Assembly (NCBI GenBank): GCA_951406725.2
Contig: OX597818.1
Location: forward strand, 6,138,001 to 6,202,000
Direction: 5' to 3'
Length of the DNA: 64,000 nt
Source: Octopus vulgaris
Lineage: Eukaryota
Shown: positions 27,545-39,899 of the stretch, piece by piece
How positions within the stretch are numbered: position 1 is the stretch's first letter
How the letters are laid out: each line of letters starts with the position of its first letter
The notes under the pieces: generated by a model
Databases searched by the model: none
What the model was told of the DNA's origin: nothing
Seen by the model: only the letters and a program-made list of their open reading frames with translations
Made by a program: the position numbers and the translations under genes

Positions 27545-30500
27545 CAGAGAAAATTGTGGGACAACTGGCCTGGATACATCGTCTTCAGAGCCAGGGGCAC
27601 TCACAACAGCACTCAAGACCACCACAATCAAGGGACCCAGGGTGGCCACCGCTGACACCAGCCCAGGTGCCACACCGACAGCCTTTATTGACACCCCAAA
27701 TATCTCACCAGTGCTTCTGCTGAATGTCAGAGGTCTGGTGAAACCCACTAATATGAGTAAAATTCCTTACCTTAGGGACTTAAGCACAAGCAACCATGCA
27801 ATATGCATAGCGCTGACTGAAACGCACCTGTCAAGCAGTATAGCAGATGCAGAAATACACGTACCAAAGTATACTGTTTTTCGGTCAGACAGGAAGGAAA
27901 GAACTCATGGTGGGGTTGCCCTGTACGTCCGTGAAGATGTCACACCCATAGTACTGTTGACACACTCAAACTCAGTCTGTGACACACTGATAGTACACAT
28001 GAAACAACCGAAAATAGTAATATGTGTCACATATCGGCCACCAGACACCCCTAGTCATGAAGGAGTGTTTGAAGATAGCCTCAGAAGAATAGAAGAAGTC
28101 CTGGACAAACTGGACCAGGGTAACACCATTCTACTGCTGGGAGATTTTAACCTTCCGAAAGTCAAATGGCCAGATGGCCATCTCCTCCCTGGAATGACAT
28201 CACTTGAACAGAGACAGACAGAGTCCTTGTTGGCTCTCACACGCAAGTTTTTCATGGAACAAGCAGTGCTTCGGCCAACAAGAGGTGAGAATGTCTTGGA
28301 CCTCTGTTTCACAAGCAACCCGATGCTCATCCACAACATAATGGTAACACCTACAATTCTCTCAGATCACAACTTAGTAGAGGTAATGATATATGGTATG
28401 AGAGAGTTAGTTGAGACGCAGCCATTAGAAAATACCACAGGCCTATCCAGTCTAAACTTCCATAAGGCAAACTGGAAGAAGATCAACGAAGAGATCCGAA
28501 AACATGACTGGAGTGACTTCATCACCACACAAGAGACCAACACACATTTCCAACATTTCATGACAACAATACAGAACATATGCCATAAGTTTGTCCCGGA
28601 GAAAAAAGCCAGCGGGCATAGGAACGTTATTCCCAGAGACAGGAAAATACTTATGAGGCGAAGAGCTAAGCTCTCGAAGCAACTGAATGCACGGCAGAGA
28701 AACAATAAGGGACTCCACCTGAAACTTTTTGAAACGGAAACTGCACTCAAACTTTCCTATGAGAAGGAGAGGGCAGAGAGAGAAGCCAGGGCCATAGAGA
28801 ATATTAAAACAAACCCTAAAGCTTTCTTTAAATTTGCGAAAGAAACCACCTCGGTACACTGCAAGATTGGCCCACTCTTTGATAAAAAGGGCTCTCTAAC
28901 TGAGGACCCCCAAGGGATAAGTGAAATACTAAAGGAACAGTATAAAAGTGTGTTCACATCCCCTCTGGGGCACATGCAAATCACAAACCCAGAAGTTTTC
29001 TTTGATGCCACAACACTCCAAAACCAAACAACAACCATCGACCACATAGACATAACAGAGAGGGATGTAATATCTGCCATAGAAGAAATGAGAATAAACT
29101 CAGCTGCTGGACCAGATGGATTCCCAGCAGTCCTCCTAAAAACATGCAGGCATGCCCTAGCGGGACCACTGAAGATGCTCTTCAGTGGTTCCTTGGCTAA
29201 CGGTAAAGCTGCCCAGGGCGCTAAAAGAAGGCACCATATGCCCTATCCACAAAGGAGGGAGTAGAGCAGAGGCAAAAAACTACAGGCCAGTCTCCCTGAC
29301 GTCACACATAAGTAAGGTCATGGAACGAATCATCAGAAAAAAACTGATCACGTTCCTCGAAGAAACTAACCGTCTCACTGACACACAGCATGGCTTTCGC
29401 CCAGGAAGAAGCTGCCTTACGCAGCTGTTACAACACTACGACTGGGTACTGAAACAACTACTGGATCGCTCACAGGTGGATGTGGTATATCTCGACTTTG
29501 CGAAGGCCTTTGACAAAGTCGACCACGGAGTGATATGTCACAAATTACTCAGACTCGGCATAACAGGAAAAGTAGGTGAGTGGATACATGACTTCCTGAA
29601 GGACAGAAGCCAGATGGTTGCAGCCAATGGAGCCCTCTCGGGAAAGACACCAATAGCAAGCGGGGTGCCACAGGGCACAGTCTTGGGACCCTTGCTGTTT
29701 TTGGTGGCGCTCTCTGACATGCCCTTGGTAGCACAAACAACATCCCTCACTAGCTATGCTGATGACACAAAGGTAGCACAGGCAATCAAAAACCCAGCTG
29801 ATGCTGACCTTTTACAACAAGATCTGGATGCCATATACAAATGGGCTGAAGACAACAACATGCAATTTAATGCTGGTAAATTTCAAGCCTTACAATATCA
29901 AGCTGTAAACACATATACATTACAACACAACTATACTGGTCCAGGAGGGATCGAAATCCCAGTATCGAAATCAATACGGGACCTGGGGATAGACATGAGT
30001 GACGATGCATCTTTTTCTTCACACATCGCGAAGGTGGCGACAATGTGCAGACGACTCACTGGCTGGATCCTGAGGACATTCCGGACAAGAGACTGCGAGA
30101 CCATGTTGACACTATGGAGGACATTTGTCCTAAGCCGCCTAGACTACTGCTCCCAACTGTGGTCACCGCATAGTGTCAAACTAACCACAGAGCTTGAGAC
30201 AATCCAAAGACATTTCACCAAGAGGATTTCCACCATGAAAGAAAAGAACTATTGGGAGAGGCTTAGGGAACTCAATTTGTACTCCTTGGAACGAAGACGA
30301 GAGAGATATGCAGTGATATACATATGGAAAATCCTGGAGGGACTAGCACCAAATTTTGGAATTGAGAGCTGTTCCAATCCCCGTACAGGTCGTCACTGTG
30401 TGGTGCCAAAGGTCCCGTCTTCCACATCCAGGGTAAGGAGCAGATACTGTAATAGCCTGGGGTTCAGGGGCCCTCAGCTGTTCAACAAACTGCCAAGAAA

Positions 30501-30666
30501 ACTAAGAGATCTACATGATGCGGATGTGGACATTTTCAAAAAACATCTAGACAAGCTGCTTTCCGGGATCCCAGATGAACCCACTGCAAGGTACGAAGGT
30601 AACCTAAGGGCAGCAGCTACAAACTCTCTCTTAGATCAGTGGCCAGCCACGGCAAACTGGACTTAG
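27465..30666 (+). CDS. LINE ORF2: apurinic-like endonuclease plus reverse transcriptase (single +1 frameshift at 29205-29207)
   Basis: LLNVRGL, LTETHL, GGVALYV, YRPP, GDFN, LDLCF, SDHN (APE). AGPDG, NYRPVSL, QHGFRPGRS, YLDFAKAFDKV, GVPQGTVLGP, YADD (29755). Removing one A in GGTAAAGCTG joins the 599-aa and 493-aa ORFs. Confidence 0.93.
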
Positions 30667-30757
30667 AGAGGGTAGCAACAAGGGCGGTGCCCCAGCATGG
30701 CCTCAGCCGGATGGCTGAAACAAGTAAAAGAGTAAAAGAGTAAAAAGTATATATATA

Positions 30758-30857
30758 NNNNNNNNNNNNNNNNNNNNNNNNNNNNNNNNNNNNNNNNNNN
30801 NNNNNNNNNNNNNNNNNNNNNNNNNNNNNNNNNNNNNNNNNNNNNNNNNNNNNNNNN
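30758..30857. other. Assembly gap (100 N)
   Basis: Run of N. Confidence 1.
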
Positions 30858-31430
30858 ACATCTAATATGACATTCGAACAACTCTGGCTGACATCTCTTA
30901 TGACATTGGAACAACAATTTTTTTTTCCATCTTAATCTGTTTAAGTTCAGTATTAACTTGATTATGAACGGGCCTGCGCTTCCGTTCCACCGGACGTGAC
31001 ACCTTTTCTAAAAGTTCCAGCCTAGTTGATGTCGCTGGGATTAATTTAGTGACTTTTCTTTCGTAATTCAAGTATGAGTTTTAAGATTACCACCAACCAA
31101 AATAATATCGTGTTACCATTCCAGACAGGCTGCCAGCCAACACTTCCGAGAAACTCCTCTCTTCTCATTGAAGCCGGTTATCCAGCGCTGGTCACTTTCT
31201 CCAATATTCATTCTCACATCAGTTAAAGACTCATAGAGTTGGAGAGCTGTTGACTCCAGTGTGTTCATTCGCAGTTTATTATGCTTTGTCCCGAGGAGTG
31301 TCCAGTAACATCCAAATTCCTTACCAGGCATAGGCTTTGAGGAGTTGCCGGTTTAGTTACCGACGTCTCGACTATGGAACAGATTGTACTGGAATTAATG
31401 TCATCAATAACACTAAAAGTAACTGACATA

Positions 31431-32628
31431 CGAGGGTGGGCTGACACGTTCATAAGCTGACTATGAAGGAGTGACGTTAGAGCTGTGAAATCTCTCATGC
31501 ATTAATTTCAACGCTTCTTATCAATTTTGTTTTTTTCCAGTTAACCTAACATCAGACTGTTGAAAGAATACATCAGAAGTAACGAGTAGCAACTTCTCTT
31601 GATAATGTACAAACTTTGGCATCGTGCTGTTATCAATTACTTGCAGAATGGTCTAGACACTCAAGTTCATTCTTGCTGATAGAGGTTAGCATTCCAGATT
31701 AATCAACAGTGCAAAATTGGACAGCTGAATTTACGAGAGGAATGGAGTATTTTGAAGATGATCCAAGATCTAGACATCCTGCATCTGTCATGGCTATAAA
31801 TCAAATTAGCATATTCTGTGCAAGAGTTGAGAATATTATACACAATAAACTTGGCGTGACGAGAGTTTCTGCAAGTGGCGCTATATCTTCGTACACCTGA
31901 CCAAAAGCGCACGAAGCGCGTCAACTCACGGAAAAATCTGACATTGTAGATCCTGTTGATTTAATTGAAAGATCCCTGAGCGAGGATGAGTGTTGGGTTC
32001 ATCACTTAGAGTCAAAGGAAAAGAGACAATCCTTGCAGCGGAAACACCTCACCTCACCTGTTCCAAAGTATGCCAAGGTCGTTTCATCTGCTGGGAAGAT
32101 GATAACCTTGTTTTAGAATGGAAACGGCTTTGAATCTACTGACTATCTCGAAAAGCACCACTCCGTCAATGAAGTGTACTATACCAACTTTCTGAAGCAC
32201 TTACGAAAAGCTATTATGACCAAACTCCAGGAAAACTGAGACGAAAGTGGTGGGTTTGTCATCAAAACAATGCTCCAACACACAAGTACTCGGTTTTAAT
32301 TGCTACGGTGCATAACTGAGACTTTGAACTGGGTGATCACTCTCCCTATTCTCCTGATTTTGCCCTATTTGACTATCAACTGTTTCACAGCATGAAAGAG
32401 CTCTTGGCTGGAAACCAGTATCGTGGGGATATCGACGTCATATCTACTGTTGATGACCTTTGTGGCCAAGACGATGAAACCTTTTTAGCAATAGGATCTA
32501 AACACTGCATCACCGACTGAATTAGTGTGTGACAGCAAGGGATAATATGCTGAAAAATAATTCTCATTTGGTCACATTCGATGATAGTATCTTGGTCAGC
32601 CTATAACATTTTACTCAGCCGGCTCTCG
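31431..32628 (+). mobile_element. Mariner transposon, full-length, decayed
   Basis: TA-CGAGGGTGGGCTGA...TCAGCCGGCTCTCG-TA termini. Motifs WTAEFTRGMEYFEDDPRS, DECWVHH, HQNNAP and HSPYSPDFALFDY. Confidence 0.88.
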
Positions 32629-33334
32629 TATTAAAGACTACTATAGGTAGATGGTCGTTGACGTTAATACGTTCATCCGCCTTTAAAGAGAATATCATTT
32701 TCGTCCTGCAGGGTGTCCATCAAAAGCACCCTCCCCACAAAGTAAGCGTTTGGTAGGGGTGCCACTTCAATAACAAACAGACCGGCCATGAATTAGTTTG
32801 TACTGGAGTACATGCTACCAGGAGCACTAGAAGAGACCTTAACTATTATTACAGTGAACAATACAACTAACAATATCATCAATATCACAAACATTATTAC
32901 TACCACTAAAACCATTAGTATTCTTATTATCCATACATTTACTATCTGTGTTATTATTGTTACCTTTAATTAAATTCAATAGAAGCTGGGGTGAACAGTG
33001 ATTTCAAAATTTCCCGTAACATGTTTTCCGGTACAAAGATTTTCGGTATAGGTGGTGGGCGTACTGTCAGGAAGAAATGTTCTAACATTGCAGAAATAAA
33101 GAGAGAAAGAGATGGAAAGAGATACAGAGAGAGAGAGAAAGAGTGAATGAGAGAGAGAGAGAGAGAGAGAGAGAAAACACTCTTAAATATAGAAATGATG
33201 AGAGAAGAAATCTAAAACTAACATGCAACTCTCTTACGATGATGAAGACGAGAAAACAGCTGTTTTCACTCGCATCTATCCATTTGCATATTCAAACAAT
33301 AACGCTCGTCTAACCGTGGTTTAGGAGATAATTA

Positions 33335-33870
33335 TTATTGAATGAGGGAGAAATGCATGCCATGAACGTGAGACTGTTTTACAAATAAACGAAATCCAAT
33401 GTACCCATCAGAACTTCCACTCTGATGAAGTACGCAAGCAAATGCATCAAAGTGCGCGATAATGTATTCTCATATCAAGAGAAAAAGCGCATGACCTTGA
33501 AGATGGGGCCCAATTAGAATTTTCTGCAGGTCGAGTCACCTATCCTGCTCAAAATGCCCCTGAATAAGTTTGTTTAGGGACAATGAACAAGGTACACATC
33601 TCTCTGAAAGAGAATTAATCAAATCCCAAAGAATTCCTCAAGCCTAATCAAATTCCAAAGAATTCCACATGGCTTGATTCTTCCCAACTAACCTACTCGT
33701 GGTCAGAAATGCACATATTCTCCGCCACTAAGGAAGATGCTCAACTGGTAACGGTGAATCAACTGACAAGCAAATCTGAGGATATTGAGCAGAATATTGT
33801 TCTAGCCCGTTTTTCATACCATAACAAAACATGTACATGATAGCACTGTCAATCACTTAAGATGAGAAAC
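33335..33870. repeat. Second copy of the ~520-bp non-coding repeat at 20318
   Basis: Shared blocks with 20318-20840. Confidence 0.7.
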
Positions 33871-33873
33871 CAC

Positions 33874-33884
33874 GTTATTATTAC

Positions 33885-33959
<75 letters not shown>
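33874..33959. repeat. (TTA)n microsatellite at the 3' end of the Dong-like element
   Basis: Read directly from the sequence. Confidence 0.95.
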
Positions 33960-33961
<2 letters not shown>

Positions 33962-36900
33962 GTTTGACTTTTGCTTTATGTTTGTACAAGTTGGCTCCAA
34001 GTCTCACCCAGAGACCCCAAGAGACAACCGGTTGGAAGTTCACGTTGTTGTTATGCCTAGTGTGCCATATATTTGGGGTTTTTTTGGTGTTGTACTAGTG
34101 AATGTCTAATAAATAAATTTTTTAAAAAATTGTTTATTTTAAACCTTGAGATTACATAGAGAGTATTTTGCGTAGGATATGAGCAGTTCCCATGAGCACT
34201 ATCTTTTGAATTTCTGCCATGTTGGGGGTTTCCTGGTATCTGAGTTAGATAGCAATCAGCCCTTTTCGCTATCATTCCTAGGGCGCCTATGACAACAGGT
34301 ATTGTTTTAGTCTTCAGGTTCCACATTTTGCTGATTTCTATTTCAAGGTCTTTATATTTGCTCAGTTTTTGGTAGGTCTTGACAGATACGTTTATATCGA
34401 TTGGGACAGTCATATCAATGAGGAAGCATGTTCTTTGTCTGAAGTCTTTCAATATGATGTCTGGCTTATTTGCATCTATCTTTCTGTCAGTTTGAATGGT
34501 GAAGTTCCAGAGGAGTGAGATGTGGTCATTTTCAAGCACTGGAGGTGGTTTGTGTTCCCACCAGTTTTTTTCATGGGGCAAATCCAGGTTTTTGCAAATT
34601 ACCCAGTGAATATATTGTGCAGCTCTATCATGCCTGTTGAGATACTCTGTAGGCGCTAGAAGACTGCACTTGGAGACAACATGATCAATGGTTTCATTTT
34701 GTTGTTGACATACACGACATGTTGGGCTACTGCCGTTCTTTAATATGTTGGCCTGGTAGTTTCTTGTTGGTAGGCATTGATCTTGAGCTGCTGTGATAAA
34801 CCCTTCAGTTTCAGATTTTAAACCAGAGGCCATTAGTCATTGATGGGTCAGGGCTTTGTCAATATCTGCATTATTCGCACTCTTTGGGTATTTGCCATAG
34901 AGAGGTTTTTCTTGCGATTTATCATTCAGAATAACTAAGGCCGCAGTTTTAGCACGGGTTCTCATGCGCTTAGCTTTTTTCTGTGCTTGTTTCTTGTGTG
35001 TCTAATTCCGGAATATGTTGTATTCGGAAATCACTTAGATATTCCTTTGCCTGTTTTGTTACTGAGTATGATGTTTTCTTGTTTTCATGTTTTGAGACAA
35101 GTTTTCACATCCAGTCCTCAGACTTTTTCAGGTAGGTGTCTAGGTCAATTGTAGCAATCTTCATTGTTATTGCCAGTTGTAAAAGACCACGGCCTCCCTC
35201 TTCTTCTTGGCAGATAAAGTCGTTCTGTATCTGCCTTAGGGTGGTGCATTCTATGCATTGTCAACAGTTTTCTTATTTTTCTGTCAAGCTGACATATTTC
35301 AGTAATTGACCAGTTAACGATATTGAAACTGTAAGTCACGACTGGTATGGCTAATGCATTGATCGCTTCGATCCTGTTTCTTGCATTCAGGTCTGTCTTG
35401 AGTATTGCTCTCACTCTTCGATAACATTCTCTCCTGATCCTTTCCTTCATCTCTGAATGCCTTATTCCGTCCCCTTCAATTACCCCTAGGTACTTGTAGC
35501 TCTCCGCTGGGTCTAATTCTTTTATGACATTCTGCTGGTCAAGGTTAACGTTAGATGTTTCTGTAATTTTTCCTTTGATAAAGGTAGCTTTTGCATATTT
35601 ATCGAGGCCAAATTGCATTCTGATGTCGTCACTGAATTGTTTGACTATCGCTAATAAGCCCTTGAGTTGTTGGTCATTTTATGCGAAAAGCTTTAAATCA
35701 TCCATGTAAATGAGATGATTTATATTTTTATCAAACATTTTATATCCGTACTGCGCGTCATTGAGCAGTTTTGAGAGAGGTATTAAGGCTAAACAAAAGA
35801 GGAGTGGTGATAGTGAGTCACGCTGGAAAATGTCACATGGAATTTTTACATCACCAGCATTTAGAGATTCATTGTCACTGTTCAAATTTAGTGTGGTTCT
35901 CCATGATCTCATACTTACTGTCAAAAGGTTTCGCAGAGTAGGTGCTATCTTATACATTTCCAGGCATTTCTTAATCTAGCTATGTGGTAGGCTATCAAAA
36001 GCCTTTTTATAGTCTATCCAGGCTATTGATAAGTTTTTGTGTCGTTTGTGACAATCTTCTAAGATCATCTTATTGATGAGTAGCTGATCTTTACAACCGT
36101 AAGATCCACGTTTACATCCTTTTTGCTCATTATGGAATATGCTACTTTAGGTATATTCAATCAGGACAGATGTTAGCGTTTTATACATAGTTGTTAAGCA
36201 GGTTATGGGTCTATAGTTTTTTGGTTCATTTGTTTCTTAACTTTTTGAAAGCAGGAATGTTAACCCATTAACTAGCCAAGGAGGCATTCTACTAGGGTGT
36301 TGCAAAACATCATTGCAAAGTTCTGTTAGCAGTTCATGGCTCTCTGGGAAGGCATTCAACCAGAAGTTAGGAATTTTATCCTTTCCTGGAGACTTCCATT
36401 TGCTTGACCTCCTGAGAGCAGATCTTATATCTTCTACCGTGACACCCTCCCACTTTTGCTCTTCTAAAGAGTCCAGTACTGAAGATATTCTATCAATCCA
36501 GGGGGCCTTTTCGTTGTGTGTTTTTTCTTCTGCCCAAATTTTATTCCAAAATCCCTGTACTTCTTCTTTTGATGGTACAGACCTTACAGTAACTGCTGTT
36601 TTTCCTATCTTCCTGTAAAAATTTTTGGGGTTATTTTTGAACATGTTGTTGTCCTTGAAAAATCTAACACGCTTTTCATACCTCGCTATGAAGGCAGCTT
36701 TAGCAGATACCTTTTGCTTGATGGTTTCTATGGTGGCATCAATATCAAGTATAGTTTTCATATTATATTTTTTCATTAATTTTTGGGTTTTTGTAGGTTT
36801 GGTAGTCTTGTGAACCTTAAGGTTTTTCAAATATTCAATGTCAGATCTAAATAGTTTAATTTCTTGTTGCAAACGCTCTTGCCAAGAAGGCTTTTTGTGG

Positions 36901-38060
36901 GAATGTTGCCGTTTTCTTATCTTTACACCACATAGGATCGTTGAGATTTTCGCGGATGCATAGTATAAGTGGTTGGGATCTGTGATACCAACATCATTAG
37001 CTGAAATTATATCCTTAAATGCAAGCCGGATTTTACCAATTATTTCCATGTTTTGGTTAGAGTTGCGGATTTTAGAGAGTGTATCGCGTTCATCTATGCT
37101 GGTTTCTTTAATTTTCAGCCATTCAATCATGATTTGATTTTTTAGCTCATGTAGTTCTGTTGGGTCAATATTTGTGTGACTTTCTTTATCTATTTGATGT
37201 TCATCTGTCTTAGTGTTTATGATTGGTTCAGGGAGTATTTTACTTTGCCTATCACTTATACTAACTCTTTCAATCCTTACTTCGTTTTTATCAGCCCTGG
37301 GCTGGTCTATAATTATTTCCTCTGTATTATCTTCTCTAGCTGCAACTTCGTTCATTTTATCCGTTACTGCTTGTCTATTTTGATCAATCTCTACTTCAGT
37401 CAGTAATTTTTTTTTATAATGTTTCTTCTGACGTTGGCAAGTTTGTTACTGTCTATGTATGGTCTTGCTTAAGGGTGTTTCTGTCTCCAGTTTAAGTATG
37501 TTTGTGCAGTGTGAGATTTAACTGTGGGGAAATATATGGCATGGTAGAAGGCCGCAAGAAATTCTTTATTATCTTCCCTAGACCATTTTTCCTTCTTTTT
37601 CTTTTGATTATTTGGTGACGAGCATGGATGGCCATCTGTTGGAATATTCCGGTTGTGGGGTACGTCCAGCTCCTGTGTGTTGGGGAGATTTGATCCAGTA
37701 GCTGATTTTTCGATCAGAATTTGGTTCAATTTTCGGGTATGGGGTCTTTTGTAATCCGTACGATGACCATTGCAGTTTGTAGTTTGTTTTGTTGACATTG
37801 AAGCATGACGAGCTTCCACACTTACATTAGGAGATTGATCTGTCAGTTTAGGGTTCTCTACACGTAAACATTGCTCGTAGCGCAGCTTCTTAAGGCTAGC
37901 AGATCTGTATTCGTCTGTATTATTTTTGTTGATAGTTTTATCTCCGAACATAGTTTTTTTTCTCCTTCCTTCCTTTTTTTCCCTTCCTCTTTTAAACTTA
38001 TAAAAAGTTCACTCTGCCTGTATTAGTTCGAAAATATGAGAATAAAATACGGAAAAAAAA
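33960..38060 (-). mobile_element. Near full-length R4/Dong-like non-LTR retrotransposon (RT, CCHC, restriction-like endonuclease), frameshifted
   Basis: [80 protein letters not shown]...IDMTVP (PD-D RLE). Flanked by (TTA)n on both sides. Confidence 0.92.
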
Positions 38061-38067
38061 ATTATCA

Positions 38068-38105
<38 letters not shown>

Positions 38106-38149
38106 ATTATTATTGTTGTTGTTGTTGTTGTTATTATTATTATTATTAT

Positions 38150-39890
38150 AGACGTTGCAGAGTTTACAATATCGTGAGGTTGTTGATTGAAGATATTGTG
38201 TCTACCTGGGGTTTGTACTGTTTGTCAAGTCCCAACAAGGACCTCAGACAGAGGGTACTTTACGCAATATGCGTGCAGTTCCAAATAATGCCGACTTTTG
38301 CAATACAACTAGATTTCAGGGTATTTCTAAAGTTTTCAGATATTTTTTTAAGATGGCCTGGTATTGAACCCAATACTTCGAACACAATAAGGATAAACTT
38401 TATGTTTGACTGTCGTAGCTGCCACATCTTAGCGATCTCACTTCTCAAGTCTCCTTATTTATTAACCTTTGCCCTTTCTTTCATGATAACGTGTTGATCT
38501 CCTGGCACTGCTACGTCAATTATTAGCAATTTTTCGGCCCTCCCGGAGGTTACTATATCCGACCTTCGGTGCTCTATTACCTAGTATGTCTGGAAGTTAA
38601 AATCCCAGAGGATTTTTGCCTTCCCCTTTTCGTCCATTACCTTTTCCGATGTATTTTGGTACCAAGAACCCTTAATCTGATATCCATACTTACAGCATAG
38701 TAGCAAGTGGGGCTTTGGGATATCTTGCAGTGTCTGCGCTTGTAAACCTTTTGCGCAAGATATTTACAAGCACCAAGAATGCGAGTTACGGTTTCAACCC
38801 TCTTCTCACACTTTTTACAGAGATCCGTTACAGTACATATTCTTTTTCACTGAGTTGGTATTCGATGCCTTGTCTTGGGCATCGAAGATTAGGGTTTCAG
38901 TATTCTGCTTTAGGTTACCCTTGTTGAGCCACAACCACGATGCTTCCTGGGCTTTTAATTTGTAGGTTTCATGGAGGAACTGACCATGTAATTCCATGCA
39001 GATTAGGGTTTCTTCTCTGTCGTTGCTTGTTCTTGATCGGAATTCATGACCATTCTCAAGTTCATTTTTGTTAAATCCTTCTGCATTACCAGTAACAGGG
39101 CTCGTTTGCTGTTTACCAAATATTCTGCTATGTTTCTTCTTTCACTTTTGGTGCACTCCCGTACGATTATCAGTTCAGTTACATATTTACCCCTTCTCAT
39201 GTTGAGCCCATGTACATTCGCCTTAGGGAGGAAAGCACTATATATTGTCATTGTCTGTCGGGTAGTGCGATCGAGTCGGTTAATCTCCCTTTGTGTCCAT
39301 TTCAGGATGGGTGCACTATAGTAGACTGAAGCAACTTACCATACGTTGATGGTAGTCACAAGTTCCTGGAGTTCAGTTTTGATTTCAAGAGAAGTTTAAA
39401 ACGCTATAAATATGCAGTGATGACCTTGTCTTTCATTTCTTTATACAAGATATTGTCCAACTCCAGACTCCCAAGGTACTTGTACCCATCATCATCTGGG
39501 TCTTTCATTCTCTCTCCGTTTGGCAATTCTATGCCCCTACAATTTAGTCTTTCCCCCGCTTCAAATTAAGCACCATACACTTCCGGATCCCTCCCCCCCC
39601 ATCACTATATTCTTGCTGCACATTTGCACAGTCACTCGATTACATACTCTGTTTTTGCGAACAGTTTTATATCATCCATGAAGAGAAGGTGGTTGAAATG
39701 ATGTCCATTCTTTCTCAGATGAAAGTGGCCATTGATTGTGTGTAGGAATACAGAAAGTGAGATCAAAGCTATAACAAATAACAGAGGTTAACAAGAGTCT
39801 CCTTGGAAGATGCCTCCTTTAATTGTTAATATCGATACAATACGTGCTTTCCAACTAGGCATGCTGGTCTTAAACAGTGCACACACGTTG
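38150..39890 (-). mobile_element. Second, older R4/Dong-like element, 5'-truncated
   Basis: GIFQGDS, HLLFMDDIKLF, YKYLGV, LHGQF, ETLIFDAQD, LWDFNFQT and RSDIV...IDVAVPGD. Begins right after (TTA)n/(TTG)n at 38062-38148. Confidence 0.88.
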
Positions 39891-39899
39891 TCCTAAGTA

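Larger units (their letters stand above)
26090..30748 (+). mobile_element. Near full-length CR1/L2-group LINE
   Basis: Pyrimidine-rich 5' UTR (26310-26760), ORF1, ORF2 with APE and RT, short 3' UTR with stem-loop TCAGCC-GGAT-GGCTGA and (AGTAAAAG)n tail, then TA repeats. The 5' boundary is approximate. Confidence 0.92.

Noticed and set aside
27089-29080. Minus-strand ORFs of 100-219 aa
   Set aside because: Antisense shadows of the LINE ORFs.
30860-31430. GC-richer segment split by the mariner and resuming at 32630-32850, possibly an old LINE fragment
   Set aside because: No motif could be recognised with confidence.
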